Origin: Vulcanimicrobiota bacterium
GTDB lineage: Bacteria > Vulcanimicrobiota > Vulcanimicrobiia > Vulcanimicrobiales > Vulcanimicrobiaceae
Direction: 5' to 3'
DNA: 64,000 nt
Assembly (NCBI GenBank): GCA_963714015.1
Contig: OY970223.1
Coordinates: 2,016,001 to 2,080,000, forward strand
The notes under the pieces are model-generated. The model was given only the letters and a program-made list of their open reading frames with translations, had not been told where the DNA came from and did not search any database. The number at the start of each line of letters is the position of its first letter. Within the stretch, counting starts at the first letter, position 1. Shown in pieces: positions 9,289 to 18,945 of the stretch. The position numbers and the translations under genes are program-made.

Positions 9289-10291
9289 CATCGGCGAACG
9301 CGTCCACGTCTGCAGCCTGCGTTGCGTGATGCGTCATCCACCGGACTTCCGGCAGCGCGTCGTCGAAGACGTAGAAGAAATGCTCCTGTTGAATTCGAGG
9401 AATTGCGGCGCGGTCGAGCGTTGCAAAGATTGCGTTGCATTCTACGGGCCGGGTGACGCGCACCGCAGGAATGGCGCGCAATCGCCCCTCCAAACGGCGA
9501 GTCATTTCGTTGGCGTGCGAGGCGTACATGCGCCAGCGATCGTCTTGCAGCAGCGCCAAGAACTGGGCCGCGATGAAGCGCATCTTTGAAGCAAGCTGCA
9601 TGCCCTGCTTTCGCGCGAACTTTGCGGCGCCCGCATGCAGCGTCCGATCGAAAAACACGATTGCCTCGCCGAAGACCAGCCCGTTCTTCGTTCCGCCGAA
9701 AGTCAAGACGTCGACGCCGAGATCCCGGGTGCATTCGCGCAGACCCAGTTTGAGCGCCGCCGCCGCATTGGCAATGCGCGCGCCGTCCATATGCACGTAC
9801 CAGCCTTGCGCGTGAGCGAATGCGCAAAGTTCGCGCAGCTCTTCGGGAGTATAGAGCGTTCCGTACTCGGTCGATTGTGAGATGGAAATGACCCGGGGAA
9901 CGACATGGTGTTCGTCGGGCGCTTTATCCGCATAGGGCAGCAAATCGCCCGGGCAAAGTTTTCCGTCAGCCGTGCCGATCGGCAGCACTTTGCAGCCCGT
10001 GAAACGCTCGAAAGCGCCGCATTCGTCGGTCTGCAGATGTGCCGAGGAGGGACAGATCACCGCTTCGTAAGGCTTGAGCAGACAACTCAGCGCTACGACG
10101 TTTGCGCCGGTTCCGTTGAATGCAAAATACGCGTCCGTCGATTCGCCGAAAATCTGGCGGAAGCGTTCGCGTGCTCGGTTCGTGTATTCGTCGTCGCCAT
10201 ACGAGATGACGTCGCCGTCGTTGGCATCGACCAGCGCTTCGAGGACTGCCGGCGCAGCCGGGGCGTTATTGTCGCTGGCAAAGGTACGCAT
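9254..10291 (-). CDS. ltaE: Low-specificity L-threonine aldolase
   Basis: FASDN, HMDGARIANA, GGTKNG PLP lysine, SKMRF. Confidence 0.92.
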   Translation of the reverse strand: MRTFASDNNAPAAPAVLEALVDANDGDVISYGDDEYTNRARERFRQIFGESTDAYFAFNGTGANVVALSCLLKPYEAVICPSSAHLQTDECGAFERFTGCKVLPIGTADGKLCPGDLLPYADKAPDEHHVVPRVISISQSTEYGTLYTPEELRELCAFAHAQGWYVHMDGARIANAAAALKLGLRECTRDLGVDVLTFGGTKNGLVFGEAIVFFDRTLHAGAAKFARKQGMQLASKMRFIAAQFLALLQDDRWRMYASHANEMTRRLEGRLRAIPAVRVTRPVECNAIFATLDRAAIPRIQQEHFFYVFDDALPEVRWMTHHATQAADVDAFADAIARATATLSG

Positions 10292-10326
10292 TTCGCGTGA
10301 GGTTGGGTAAAATGCGCCCGCCCCCT

Positions 10327-11040
10327 ATGCAACAAAACCTTCTGCTGGGTGTGTTGCCGGAGATCGAACGCAGGCGCATCGCCGACTACTGCGAGGTCGT
10401 CCAATTGTCGCCGCGCAGCACGCTGTACGAACCGGATGCTCCGATAAACCACGTCTGGTTTCCGCACTCCGGGGTCTGTTCCACACTGGTGCATGTCGAA
10501 AACGGCGAGGCGGTCGAAATTGGATTGGTCGGGCGGGAAGGGCTGGTGGGACTTCCGCTGGTCCTTGGGGGCAGTACCAATTCGTTCCACGTCATCGTCC
10601 AAGTCGGCGGCTCTGCGACGCGCATCGCCAAGCAGCCGTTCGTCGACGTCGTGCTTGCGCCCGGGCACCCGTTCTGCAAGGGATTGCTCCAGTACGCCAA
10701 TCTTTATGTGTCAAACGTGGCACAAACCGCAGCGTGCAATCGTCTGCACCGGATCGAACAGCGCCTCGCGCGATGGCTGCTCGATCTGCAGGAAAGAACG
10801 GGCGGCGACACGCTTCCGCTGACGCACGAATTTCTGGGCTTGATGGTGGGCGCATACCGTCCCTCCGTTACGAATGCGCTCAAGGCTTTCGAGGAACGTG
10901 AGGTGCTGGAATTGGGGCGCGGCTCGCTGCGCATTCGAAGCCGGGAGAAGCTTTGCGCGGAGGCATGCGACTGCCATGAAGCGATGCAGCGCCGAACCCA
11001 TGCAACGCTGGCGCAGATTCAAGCCCTCGCTGCGGCCTAA
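10327..11040 (+). CDS. Crp/Fnr family transcriptional regulator
   Basis: VGREGLVG, CNRLHRIEQRLARW, LTHEFLG..G..RPSVT HTH. Confidence 0.9.
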   Translation: MQQNLLLGVLPEIERRRIADYCEVVQLSPRSTLYEPDAPINHVWFPHSGVCSTLVHVENGEAVEIGLVGREGLVGLPLVLGGSTNSFHVIVQVGGSATRIAKQPFVDVVLAPGHPFCKGLLQYANLYVSNVAQTAACNRLHRIEQRLARWLLDLQERTGGDTLPLTHEFLGLMVGAYRPSVTNALKAFEEREVLELGRGSLRIRSREKLCAEACDCHEAMQRRTHATLAQIQALAAA

Positions 11041-11131
11041 ATAGGCCAGTTTTGGGCTGCGTTTGGTACGATTCCAGACTGTTGGACGAGCCTCATAGCC
11101 CTTAATATTTCTAAATGGTCCGGAGCATTCT

Positions 11132-11872
11132 TTGAACAGCCCGTTGGCGCCTGATTTTAGAGCCAACGCTCTCCTTCGCGCTATGCCGCAGGGTGAAGCG
11201 GAGCGCCTAAGCCGGTACTTCAAAGTTACCGCACTCGTTCAGGGACGGCGGCTTTCCAGCGCCGAGGATTCGCTGACGCATCTTTATTTCCCGATTTCCG
11301 GCGTCGTTTCGCGCGTGGCTCAGTTGCCGTCGGGAGAGACGATCGAAGCGGGCCTGCAAGGAAATGAAGGCGCCGTCGGTTTTCCGCTTGCGCTCGGCGG
11401 AGTATACGGCATCGGCGTGAATCGCGTGCAATTGGCCGGGGAAGCCCTCTCCATTTCGGCTGCCGATTATGAAGAGCACGTTCGCCAACCCGGGGCACCG
11501 CTTCAAGACGCGATGCTGTTATATGCCGATCTGCAGCTGCAAATTCTCACGCATCTTGCTGCGTGCCACGGGCTGCACCGCATCGAACAGCGCCTGAGCC
11601 GTTGCATTCTCTCGCTCAGCGACTGCGCCGGCGCCAACGGGTCAGTCCGCGTCACGCATGAAATGCTCGCTGATTTTTTGGGCGTACATCGCCCCTCGAT
11701 TACCTACGCGCTCCAAGCCTTGGCAGCCGGCGGTTTGGTGACTCTCGAAAGACGGCGCCTGGTGGTGCGGAGCCGCCAAGGTTTAATGGAGCGCTCGTGC
11801 GAGTGCTATGGCGTGCTGCGCGATCTTCGCGAGCGCAGCTTTCGAAAGATCCGCAGCGTAGGAAACGACTAA
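11132..11872 (+). CDS. Crp/Fnr family transcriptional regulator (tandem paralog)
   Basis: GNEGAVG, CHGLHRIEQRL, THEMLADFLGVHRPSIT. Confidence 0.88.
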   Translation: MNSPLAPDFRANALLRAMPQGEAERLSRYFKVTALVQGRRLSSAEDSLTHLYFPISGVVSRVAQLPSGETIEAGLQGNEGAVGFPLALGGVYGIGVNRVQLAGEALSISAADYEEHVRQPGAPLQDAMLLYADLQLQILTHLAACHGLHRIEQRLSRCILSLSDCAGANGSVRVTHEMLADFLGVHRPSITYALQALAAGGLVTLERRRLVVRSRQGLMERSCECYGVLRDLRERSFRKIRSVGND

Positions 11873-11875
11873 GCC

Positions 11876-13360
11876 CTATTCCGCGGCCGCTACAGGCACT
11901 GCACCGCTTCGGCGCGACGGCCGCATGAAAATGACGAGCGGCGCCGTCACGAAAAATACGATGGCGGAAACCCGGAATAAATAATCGTAGCTGATCACTT
12001 GCGAAGCCACGCCGACGAGCTGATCCAGAACGGCGATTGAGTAGCCGTGGGTCTGCGTCACCCCGGACGCGAGTGCATTTTGCGCGACCGCCTCTTGCCG
12101 CGCCAGCAGCGTCGTGAGGATGGCGATGCCGAAACTGCCGCCGAGCTGCCGCAGCAAGACGTTCACGCCGGTTGCTCCCGCGAGTTCTTCCTTCGGAACC
12201 GCACCGAGCGTAACCGTGGAGAGCGGCACGAATAAGAACCCGAGAGCCAATCCCTGCACGACGCGCGGCCAGAAGACGTCCCAATAACCTGCGTTTTCGT
12301 TCAAGCCGCCCATCCACCACGTCGAGATGCCGAAAATGACCATCCCCACACCGACGAGCAACCGGGGATCGATTTTTCCGAGGATACGTCCGCAGATCAG
12401 CATGCTTATCGCGGTCGCAATCGCGCCGGGCAGCAGCGCCATTCCGGTGTCGAATGCCGTGAATCCCAGCACCATTTGAAAAAATAGCGGCAAGACCAAG
12501 CTCGTTCCGAACAAACCGAAGCCGCTGATGAAGCCGATGACGTTGCCGATCGTAAACGTTCGGAAGCGGAATACGTTTAAATCGACGAGCGGATGCCGGT
12601 CGCGCAGCGATTTGACGATGAACCAGATGACGCCGATTGCGGCGACGATGCTGAGGATCCAGATCGATGTGGACTGATACCAGTCGTCGTGCTGCCCGCG
12701 CTCCAGCACGTACTGCAGCGATGCAAGGCCCGCAGCGAGCAGCGTGAGTCCCCACCAGTCGATGCCGCCCTTCGGCTTTTGCAAGAAGTGCGGATTGGGA
12801 ATGAACATGAGCGTCATCACGAACGCCGCAATGCCGATGGGAATGTTGATGAAGAAGATCAGCGGCCAGGAATAATTGTCGACGATGTAGCCGCCCAGTG
12901 TCGGTCCGATCGCGGGGCCGACCATCGCGCCTAATCCGAAGATCGCCATTGCGGCGCCGCGCTTTTCGGGCGGATACGTTTCGAACAAGATGGCCTGCGC
13001 CGTCGGCTGCAGCGCGCCGCCGCCGAAGCCCTGCAGCACCCGGTAAAAGACGAGCTGCCAGATGCTGGTCGCGGTTCCGCAAAGCAGAGAGGACACCGTG
13101 AAGATCGTGAGGCACGCGGCATAGAAATTTTTTCTTCCGAAATACGCCGTGAGCCAGCCGTTCAGCGGCATCGTGATCACGCTCGCGAGAATATAGCCGG
13201 TCGCAACCCACGAAACTTCGTCGATCGAAGCACCGAGGTTGCCGGCGATGTCGTCCAAAGCTACGTTGACGATCGTGGCGTCGATGATGGCCATGATGAG
13301 CCCAAGCATGACCGTGATCGTGATAAGGGCTACCGGAGCGTTTTGGCGCGCGCGAAACAT
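11876..13360 (-). CDS. DHA2 family MFS efflux transporter (EmrB/QacA)
   Basis: DATIVNVAL, GPAIGPTLGG, FFINIPIG, RQLGGSFG; many TM helices. Confidence 0.93.
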   Translation of the reverse strand: MFRARQNAPVALITITVMLGLIMAIIDATIVNVALDDIAGNLGASIDEVSWVATGYILASVITMPLNGWLTAYFGRKNFYAACLTIFTVSSLLCGTATSIWQLVFYRVLQGFGGGALQPTAQAILFETYPPEKRGAAMAIFGLGAMVGPAIGPTLGGYIVDNYSWPLIFFINIPIGIAAFVMTLMFIPNPHFLQKPKGGIDWWGLTLLAAGLASLQYVLERGQHDDWYQSTSIWILSIVAAIGVIWFIVKSLRDRHPLVDLNVFRFRTFTIGNVIGFISGFGLFGTSLVLPLFFQMVLGFTAFDTGMALLPGAIATAISMLICGRILGKIDPRLLVGVGMVIFGISTWWMGGLNENAGYWDVFWPRVVQGLALGFLFVPLSTVTLGAVPKEELAGATGVNVLLRQLGGSFGIAILTTLLARQEAVAQNALASGVTQTHGYSIAVLDQLVGVASQVISYDYLFRVSAIVFFVTAPLVIFMRPSRRSGAVPVAAAE

Positions 13361-13538
13361 CCCGGGCTAAGTGAGAATTTTGGGTGCGGCGTTCCTTCGC
13401 GTGCTGCCCGCGGACCGTCAAAAACAAAAAAAACAGAGGCCGGCGTTACAAATGGGCAGAGCGCTCGCTCTTGCCGGCGAAGCGTCTGTAACGGCAGCCT
13501 CCTGAGCTAATATTAGCATGCGGCGGCTGGGCGGAGAA

Positions 13539-13564
13539 TTAAGGCGATTGCCTAAGCATTAGGC
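13539..13564. promoter_or_regulatory. Overlapping inverted repeats, candidate metalloregulator operator
   Basis: TAAGGC-GATT-GCCTAA overlapping GCCTAA-GCA-TTAGGC directly before the GTG start. Confidence 0.4.
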
Positions 13565-15454
13565 GTGCCGAACCGATTTGTTCGCCTCGCCTATTTGCTT
13601 GCCGCCGTGAGCCTGCTTTTCCTTGGAGCAGCGAGCGCCGCGCCGGCCGACACCGATGAAACGACGCAAGGCGTCAACCCCAGTACCGTCGGCATGCAGC
13701 CCATTACCGGTCCGATTCCGGTCGTCACGCCGGCTCCCGGCGAATCGCGTCTGACCCGGCGCGAGGACGGAACGTACGCCGCGGTTCCGCTGGTTCAGGG
13801 CAGGACGCGGACGTTCCATTTGGTCGAACGCGACGCGCCGTGGACACTGCAACCGGGCTTGACGGTGATGGCCAAAACCTACAACGGTGTAGTGCCCGGC
13901 CCGACGCTGGTGGTGCACGAAGGCGATCGCGTCGTCATCGACTACACCAACTCGCAGAATGTTCCCGATACGATTCACCTGCACGGGATTCACGGCATCC
14001 CCATTCAGATGGACGGCGTAGCGGGAATCTCTCAACCGCTGGTTCAGAACGGCGGTGCTTACCGCTACGCGTTTACCGCCGATCGATCCGGAACGTTCAT
14101 TTACCATTCGCACGACAACGAAGAGATGGTCAATAGCGGACTTTACGGAGCGATCGTCGTTTTGCCCACGCATCCTACGCCGCAGGAGCGGGCGGATCGC
14201 GATTATGTGGAGATGCTCTCGTCGTGGACGATTCAGAGCTTAAGTGAGAATCATTTCACGATTAACGGTAAAGAGTATCCGGCGACGGCCCCGATTACCG
14301 TGCGCAAGGGACAGCGCGTGAGAATCCGCTGGATCAACATGTCCGGCGAGAATTTTCATACGATGCATACGCACGGGCATTATCAGACGGTCATCGCGCG
14401 AGACGCCCAGCCGGTGACCTACCGCGACGTCGAAGACACGGTCATGCTCGGGCCGGGACAGCGCGTCGACGTAATCGTCGACGCCAACCAAAGCCCGGGA
14501 AATTGGCTGGTGCATTGTCACGTTCTGGATCACACCGAAGACAACATGGGCATGCCGGACGGCTTGGTAACCGTAATCCACTACGAAGGCACTCCGAACG
14601 ACGCTGCCGCGATGAACAACGTCATGCGCGCGCGTTTGCCGAGCTTCGGCAACACCGCCCGATCGCTTTCGTTCGGATTGACGGTACTGCTTGGAGCGAT
14701 CGCGGGCTTCACGATATTTCTGGGTTTGCCGATCGCCCGGATGCGTAACGTCTCACCCAACACGATCGGCGCTCTAAACGCGATAGCCATCGGAATCCTA
14801 GCCTACCTGGTCGTCGAGATTGCCGGCAATGCCACCGCCACGATCGCCAACGCCGTTCACCAGGTGCATGGAGGCGGGGGATCTTCGGGGACGGTGGCGA
14901 TGCTGTCCGCTGCGTACGTCGCCGGATTCTTCGCGGGCCTCGTCGGACTGGGAAGCCTCGCGGCGAAGATCAGCAAACGCGCCGCATCGGAAACGCACGA
15001 TCCGTACATGCTCGCGGCAGTTATCGCGATAGGCATCGGCGCGCATAACTTTGCGGAAGGGTTGGCGATCGGCGCCTCGGCCGCGTCAGGCGCGACGGCG
15101 ATTGCCGTCGGCTTGATCGTCGGTTTCGGTTTGCACAACGCAACTGAGGGCTTCGGTATTGCGGCGCCGCTGGCGGGCCGGGTCATTCCACGGCGCCGCT
15201 TGCTGCTGCTCGCCGGACTGGTTGCCGGCGGCCCCACCTTTCTTGGAACCGTCATCGGGTACGCGTTCCAATCTCCGCTGCTCTCGGTGCTTTTCTTGGC
15301 CACTGCTACCGGTGCGCTGCTCTTCGTCATCGGCGAGCTCTGGAGTGTCTTGCGCCGCAGCCCCGGCCTGACCGCGGCGATGACGTCGGCGTTAGCTTGC
15401 GGATTTTTCATCGCGCTGGCTACGGAACTGCTCCTGGACGTTTACGGCGGCTAG
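13565..15454 (+). CDS. Two-domain multicopper oxidase fused to a ZIP-family metal transporter
   Basis: Signal peptide; TIHLHG, YHSH, HTMHTHGH, HCHVLDH..NM; C-terminal HNFAEG and HNATEG ZIP motifs in one frame. Confidence 0.88.
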   Translation: MPNRFVRLAYLLAAVSLLFLGAASAAPADTDETTQGVNPSTVGMQPITGPIPVVTPAPGESRLTRREDGTYAAVPLVQGRTRTFHLVERDAPWTLQPGLTVMAKTYNGVVPGPTLVVHEGDRVVIDYTNSQNVPDTIHLHGIHGIPIQMDGVAGISQPLVQNGGAYRYAFTADRSGTFIYHSHDNEEMVNSGLYGAIVVLPTHPTPQERADRDYVEMLSSWTIQSLSENHFTINGKEYPATAPITVRKGQRVRIRWINMSGENFHTMHTHGHYQTVIARDAQPVTYRDVEDTVMLGPGQRVDVIVDANQSPGNWLVHCHVLDHTEDNMGMPDGLVTVIHYEGTPNDAAAMNNVMRARLPSFGNTARSLSFGLTVLLGAIAGFTIFLGLPIARMRNVSPNTIGALNAIAIGILAYLVVEIAGNATATIANAVHQVHGGGGSSGTVAMLSAAYVAGFFAGLVGLGSLAAKISKRAASETHDPYMLAAVIAIGIGAHNFAEGLAIGASAASGATAIAVGLIVGFGLHNATEGFGIAAPLAGRVIPRRRLLLLAGLVAGGPTFLGTVIGYAFQSPLLSVLFLATATGALLFVIGELWSVLRRSPGLTAAMTSALACGFFIALATELLLDVYGG

Positions 15455-15564
15455 CGCTTGCGGGAAATCACGTTTCCCGCGCCTCGCGCGCTATGGTCCT
15501 ACGTGGGCGTGGCGGCGAGAAAGTGAGGGCCCTGTTGCGGAAACTTGGGAACAATCGTGGCGCT

Positions 15565-16233
15565 ATGAAAATCGGTATCGTAGGTTCGGGAGACATCGGC
15601 GGAACGCTTGGACGGTTGTGGGCCAAGGCGGGACACCAAGTGTATTACAGCTTTTCGCACGACGAAGGCAAGCTCGAGCGGCTCGCGGCCGATTCGGGCA
15701 ACGGTTCCAAAGCAGTGAGCGCGTATGATGCGGTCCGCTGCGCGGAAGTGGTGCTTTTTTCACCTCCGTGGACGGCGCAAGACGAAGCGATAAAGCAGAT
15801 GGGCCGCTTCGAGGGGCAAATCGTCATCGATACGACCAATCCTTACGACGAGAACATGAACGTGCAGACGTTCTCGGACAAGGACTCCTCAAGCGAACAT
15901 ATCGAGCGCAAGTTGCCCGGAGCGAAGGTGATCAAAGCATTCAACACGCTCAAGGACGAGACGCTGGCATCGCGCACCGGCCAAGGATTGGTGATTTTTC
16001 TTGCGGGTAACCATCCCGCGGTGAAGTCCAATGAGGTCTCGGAACTGATCCGCGACGCGGGTTTCGTTCCGTTCGACGTCGGGCCGCTGCACGAAGGCAA
16101 GAAACAAGAGCCCAACACGGATCGTTACCTGAAAGAGCTGACTGCGGAGCAGGCCGAACGTCTGGTCAACGGAACCACCGCTAAAACCGAGAAGGGCGAG
16201 ATTCGCACCGGGAACAGAGCGGCCGTCTCTTAG
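15565..16233 (+). CDS. NADPH-dependent F420 reductase-like dinucleotide-binding oxidoreductase
   Basis: MKIGIVGSGDIG, IDTTNP, VIKAFNT. Confidence 0.85.
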   Translation: MKIGIVGSGDIGGTLGRLWAKAGHQVYYSFSHDEGKLERLAADSGNGSKAVSAYDAVRCAEVVLFSPPWTAQDEAIKQMGRFEGQIVIDTTNPYDENMNVQTFSDKDSSSEHIERKLPGAKVIKAFNTLKDETLASRTGQGLVIFLAGNHPAVKSNEVSELIRDAGFVPFDVGPLHEGKKQEPNTDRYLKELTAEQAERLVNGTTAKTEKGEIRTGNRAAVS

Positions 16234-16301
16234 CGCGAGGAGTATGGGTCGGCGCGAGGCACGCAGCGCAAGGATGAATCGCTGCGTGCGTCGGCCGGTT
16301 T

Positions 16302-17264
16302 ATGAGCCGCATGAGCACGACGCACCCGAAGGGGCAGTTTCCGGCGGAGCAATCGGAGCAGGGCGAATTCGTCCGCCAGGGCGATGCATTCCGCAGATGG
16401 ATACGCGCCGACGGAAGCGGCGATTTTCCCGCCGAAGCGGGCCGCTACCACCTCTACGTTTCATTGGCATGTCCGTGGGCGCACCGGACGGTTATCGTTC
16501 GAAAGATCAAGCGCCTGGAGCAGGCAATTGGGATGACGGTCCTCGACCCCGTGCGCGACGACTTGGGTTGGGCGTTTCGCGAAGTTCCCGGCGCTTCGCG
16601 CGACCCGCTCAACGGCTTTTCTTACCTGAGCGATGCGTACCGCGTCACGGATCCGGATTATCGCGGGCGCGTGACGGTACCGGTGCTTTGGGACAAGCAG
16701 ACCAGGCAAATCGTCAGCAACTCGGACGACGACATCATGCGCATGTTCGAAACGGAGTTCGACGCGTTTGGCGATGCATCGCCGGAGCTTTACCCCGCCC
16801 CATACCGGGCGGAGATCGACGCGATGAACGAATGGATCTACGAGACGTTCAACAACGGCGTGTATCGCGCCGGATTCGCCACGACGCAGCACGTGTACGA
16901 AAAAGCCGCGTATGAAGTATTCCAAACTCTTGACAAACTGGAGCAACGGCTCGGAGATCGCCGTTACTTGATCGACGCGCGGCCCGTCGAAACGGACTGG
17001 CGCGCGTTCGTGACGCTGATTCGCTTTGACGCCGTGTACTTCGGACATTTCAAGTGCAACCTGCGCCGGATCGTCGACTATCCCAGCCTTTGGGGTTATC
17101 TGCGCGACCTCTATCAGTACGACGGCGTAGCGGACACGGTGAATTTCGATCACATCAAACGTCACTACTACTATACGCATGACGACATCAACCCGACTCG
17201 CATCGTGCCGATCGGTCCCGAACTGGATCTAACGTCGCCCCACGGCCGCGAGCGTCTGCTCTAA
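16302..17264 (+). CDS. yqjG: Glutathionyl-hydroquinone reductase (Xi-class GST)
   Basis: YVSLACPWAHR, VTVPVLWDK, NNGVYRAGFA, HFKCN, HIKRHYY. Confidence 0.92.
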   Translation: MSRMSTTHPKGQFPAEQSEQGEFVRQGDAFRRWIRADGSGDFPAEAGRYHLYVSLACPWAHRTVIVRKIKRLEQAIGMTVLDPVRDDLGWAFREVPGASRDPLNGFSYLSDAYRVTDPDYRGRVTVPVLWDKQTRQIVSNSDDDIMRMFETEFDAFGDASPELYPAPYRAEIDAMNEWIYETFNNGVYRAGFATTQHVYEKAAYEVFQTLDKLEQRLGDRRYLIDARPVETDWRAFVTLIRFDAVYFGHFKCNLRRIVDYPSLWGYLRDLYQYDGVADTVNFDHIKRHYYYTHDDINPTRIVPIGPELDLTSPHGRERLL

Positions 17265-17328
17265 GAACGAGGCGCCTCGGCCCCGCTGCCGCAGCGGCGT
17301 ATTATCAGGCGAAGGCAAACCGGGAACG

Positions 17329-17976
17329 ATGGGCCAATGCTGCCGCGTGGACTGGCATTTCGCGCTGACAGCGTTCGCCGCAGTGTTCACGATCATCGAT
17401 CCCATCGGGATGATTCCGCTCACCTTGGCGGCGACGATTACGTCGGTGCCCGATAAGCGAACGAAGATCGTCGATCAAGCTGTATTCGTTGCGGCGATCG
17501 TGATGGCCGTGATGGGCCTCATCGGACGCGCGTTGCTGAATTATCTGGGCATCACGCTTCCGGCGTTTCAAATCGCCGGAGGCATTCTACTTTTTCTGAT
17601 CGCGATCGATATGCTGTTCGCCCGTCCCACGGGCGCCAAACGAACGCCGGAAGAAGAGCGGGAAGCCGCATTGGCCGAAAATCCCGCGGTCTTTCCGCTG
17701 GCGATCCCGATGATCGCCGGCCCGGGGACGATTGCTACGGTGATGCTGCTTGTAAACTCGGCGCACGGCGACGGACCGCGCCTCACGATCGTTGCGGCGT
17801 CCTGCGCCGCGGCGTTGATAATCACATGGTTTGCCATGCGCGGCGCGACCCGCTTTCAGCACCTTATCGGCAGCACGGGCATTCATGTCGTAACACGGCT
17901 GCTGGGTATCATTCTTGCGGCGCTCGCGGTGCAATTCGTGATGAATGGCCTGCACGAACATAATCCACTGCTGTAG
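17329..17976 (+). CDS. MarC family membrane protein
   Basis: IIDPIG, FPLAIPMIAGPG, RLLGIILAA; true start may be GTG 17347. Confidence 0.9.
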   Translation: MGQCCRVDWHFALTAFAAVFTIIDPIGMIPLTLAATITSVPDKRTKIVDQAVFVAAIVMAVMGLIGRALLNYLGITLPAFQIAGGILLFLIAIDMLFARPTGAKRTPEEEREAALAENPAVFPLAIPMIAGPGTIATVMLLVNSAHGDGPRLTIVAASCAAALIITWFAMRGATRFQHLIGSTGIHVVTRLLGIILAALAVQFVMNGLHEHNPLL

Positions 17977-18075
17977 GCAGCAAGCATGCGCTCAGCGGGC
18001 TCCCCTGCCAGCGCTCGGCCGTTGCTGAATCAGACCGTATCGCGGCTTGGATCCGGCCGGGACGGCTCGGAGGCA

Positions 18076-18084
18076 TGGTATAAT
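18076..18084 (+). promoter_or_regulatory. Extended -10 promoter element
   Basis: TGGTATAAT (TGnTATAAT) upstream of an AGGAGG RBS. Confidence 0.6.
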
Positions 18085-18103
18085 CGGTAGTCCAGGAGGA
18101 CTA

Positions 18104-18328
18104 GTGCAAACGCTCTACTTGAATCCGCCTATTACCGGCGTCGTTGCGCTTCCCGCACAGCCGGTGCGATTCTGCCGGGGTTCGGCCTTCTACGCGTACC
18201 CGAAGTTTAAGATCTTGCGTTTTGTGGTCGCCGCCGCCGTGCGGCCGCTGAGGCATGCCGGACTGAGCCGGCGTTTACGGTCGCAGTGGTGCGCGGTGCG
18301 CGCGCATAGTTCATGGAGCCGCATTTAG
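18104..18328 (+). CDS. Small basic hypothetical protein (74 aa)
   Basis: AGGAGG RBS then GTG, downstream of a consensus extended -10. Confidence 0.5.
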   Translation: MQTLYLNPPITGVVALPAQPVRFCRGSAFYAYPKFKILRFVVAAAVRPLRHAGLSRRLRSQWCAVRAHSSWSRI

Positions 18329-18705
18329 GTCCCGGTCCGAGCGCTCCCGGCTTCGTGTTTGGAGGGAACGCGCAGGCAGACGTGCGTGCCTTGCGGCGTG
18401 ACTTCAATCGACATCGGCAGACGCGTGTTGCGCAAGATCGCCTCTCGCAGTTCGCCGTGCGTTGCACCGACGGTGCGGCCTTGCGTGTAGACGTGAACTG
18501 TAGGCCCGCCCACCGACTGCTCGACCAGAACCGCCAGCGCGATATGCCCGCGGACCATCTCCGCGCCGAGCAGTTCACCCAAAACGGTTTCGACGCTGAA
18601 CAAATCCGCGTCGCCGTTCTGCGTGAGCTTCGCCAGTTCTTCAATAACCGCGTGGCGCACGCTGGCAACAGCATAAGCGTCGGCGCAGTCGATAGACCAC
18701 TTCAC
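18325..18705 (-). CDS. Degenerate RsbW-like (HATPase) protein
   Basis: ETVLGELLG aligns with ETIFGELIGN of the 44744 paralog but lacks the N-box Asn and the DxG box. Confidence 0.5.
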   Translation of the reverse strand: MKWSIDCADAYAVASVRHAVIEELAKLTQNGDADLFSVETVLGELLGAEMVRGHIALAVLVEQSVGGPTVHVYTQGRTVGATHGELREAILRNTRLPMSIEVTPQGTHVCLRVPSKHEAGSARTGT

Positions 18706-18715
18706 CCTTGGAAAA

Positions 18716-18740
18716 ATTCCCCGCACCTATATTATTAAAC
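18716..18740 (-). promoter_or_regulatory. SigB/SigF-like promoter
   Basis: GTTTAA-N13-GGGAAT on the minus strand, 10 nt before GTG 18705. Confidence 0.55.
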
Positions 18741-18945
18741 CGTCCTAAGCCCAAAGTTTACACGCGCGCTGCCCCCAGCCCGGACGAAATAAAAAGCGCT
18801 CAGTTCATGAAAACCGTGTCGTTCGTGCGCAGCATCAGTAAGATTGAATTTTTCGTAAAGTTGCTCGCAGAGCAGGCGAGCAGGCAGTCGTGCTGCTTCC
18901 TTTGCTGCATCCATCGAGCGCCGCGATGCGTTATAAGGAGCACGT

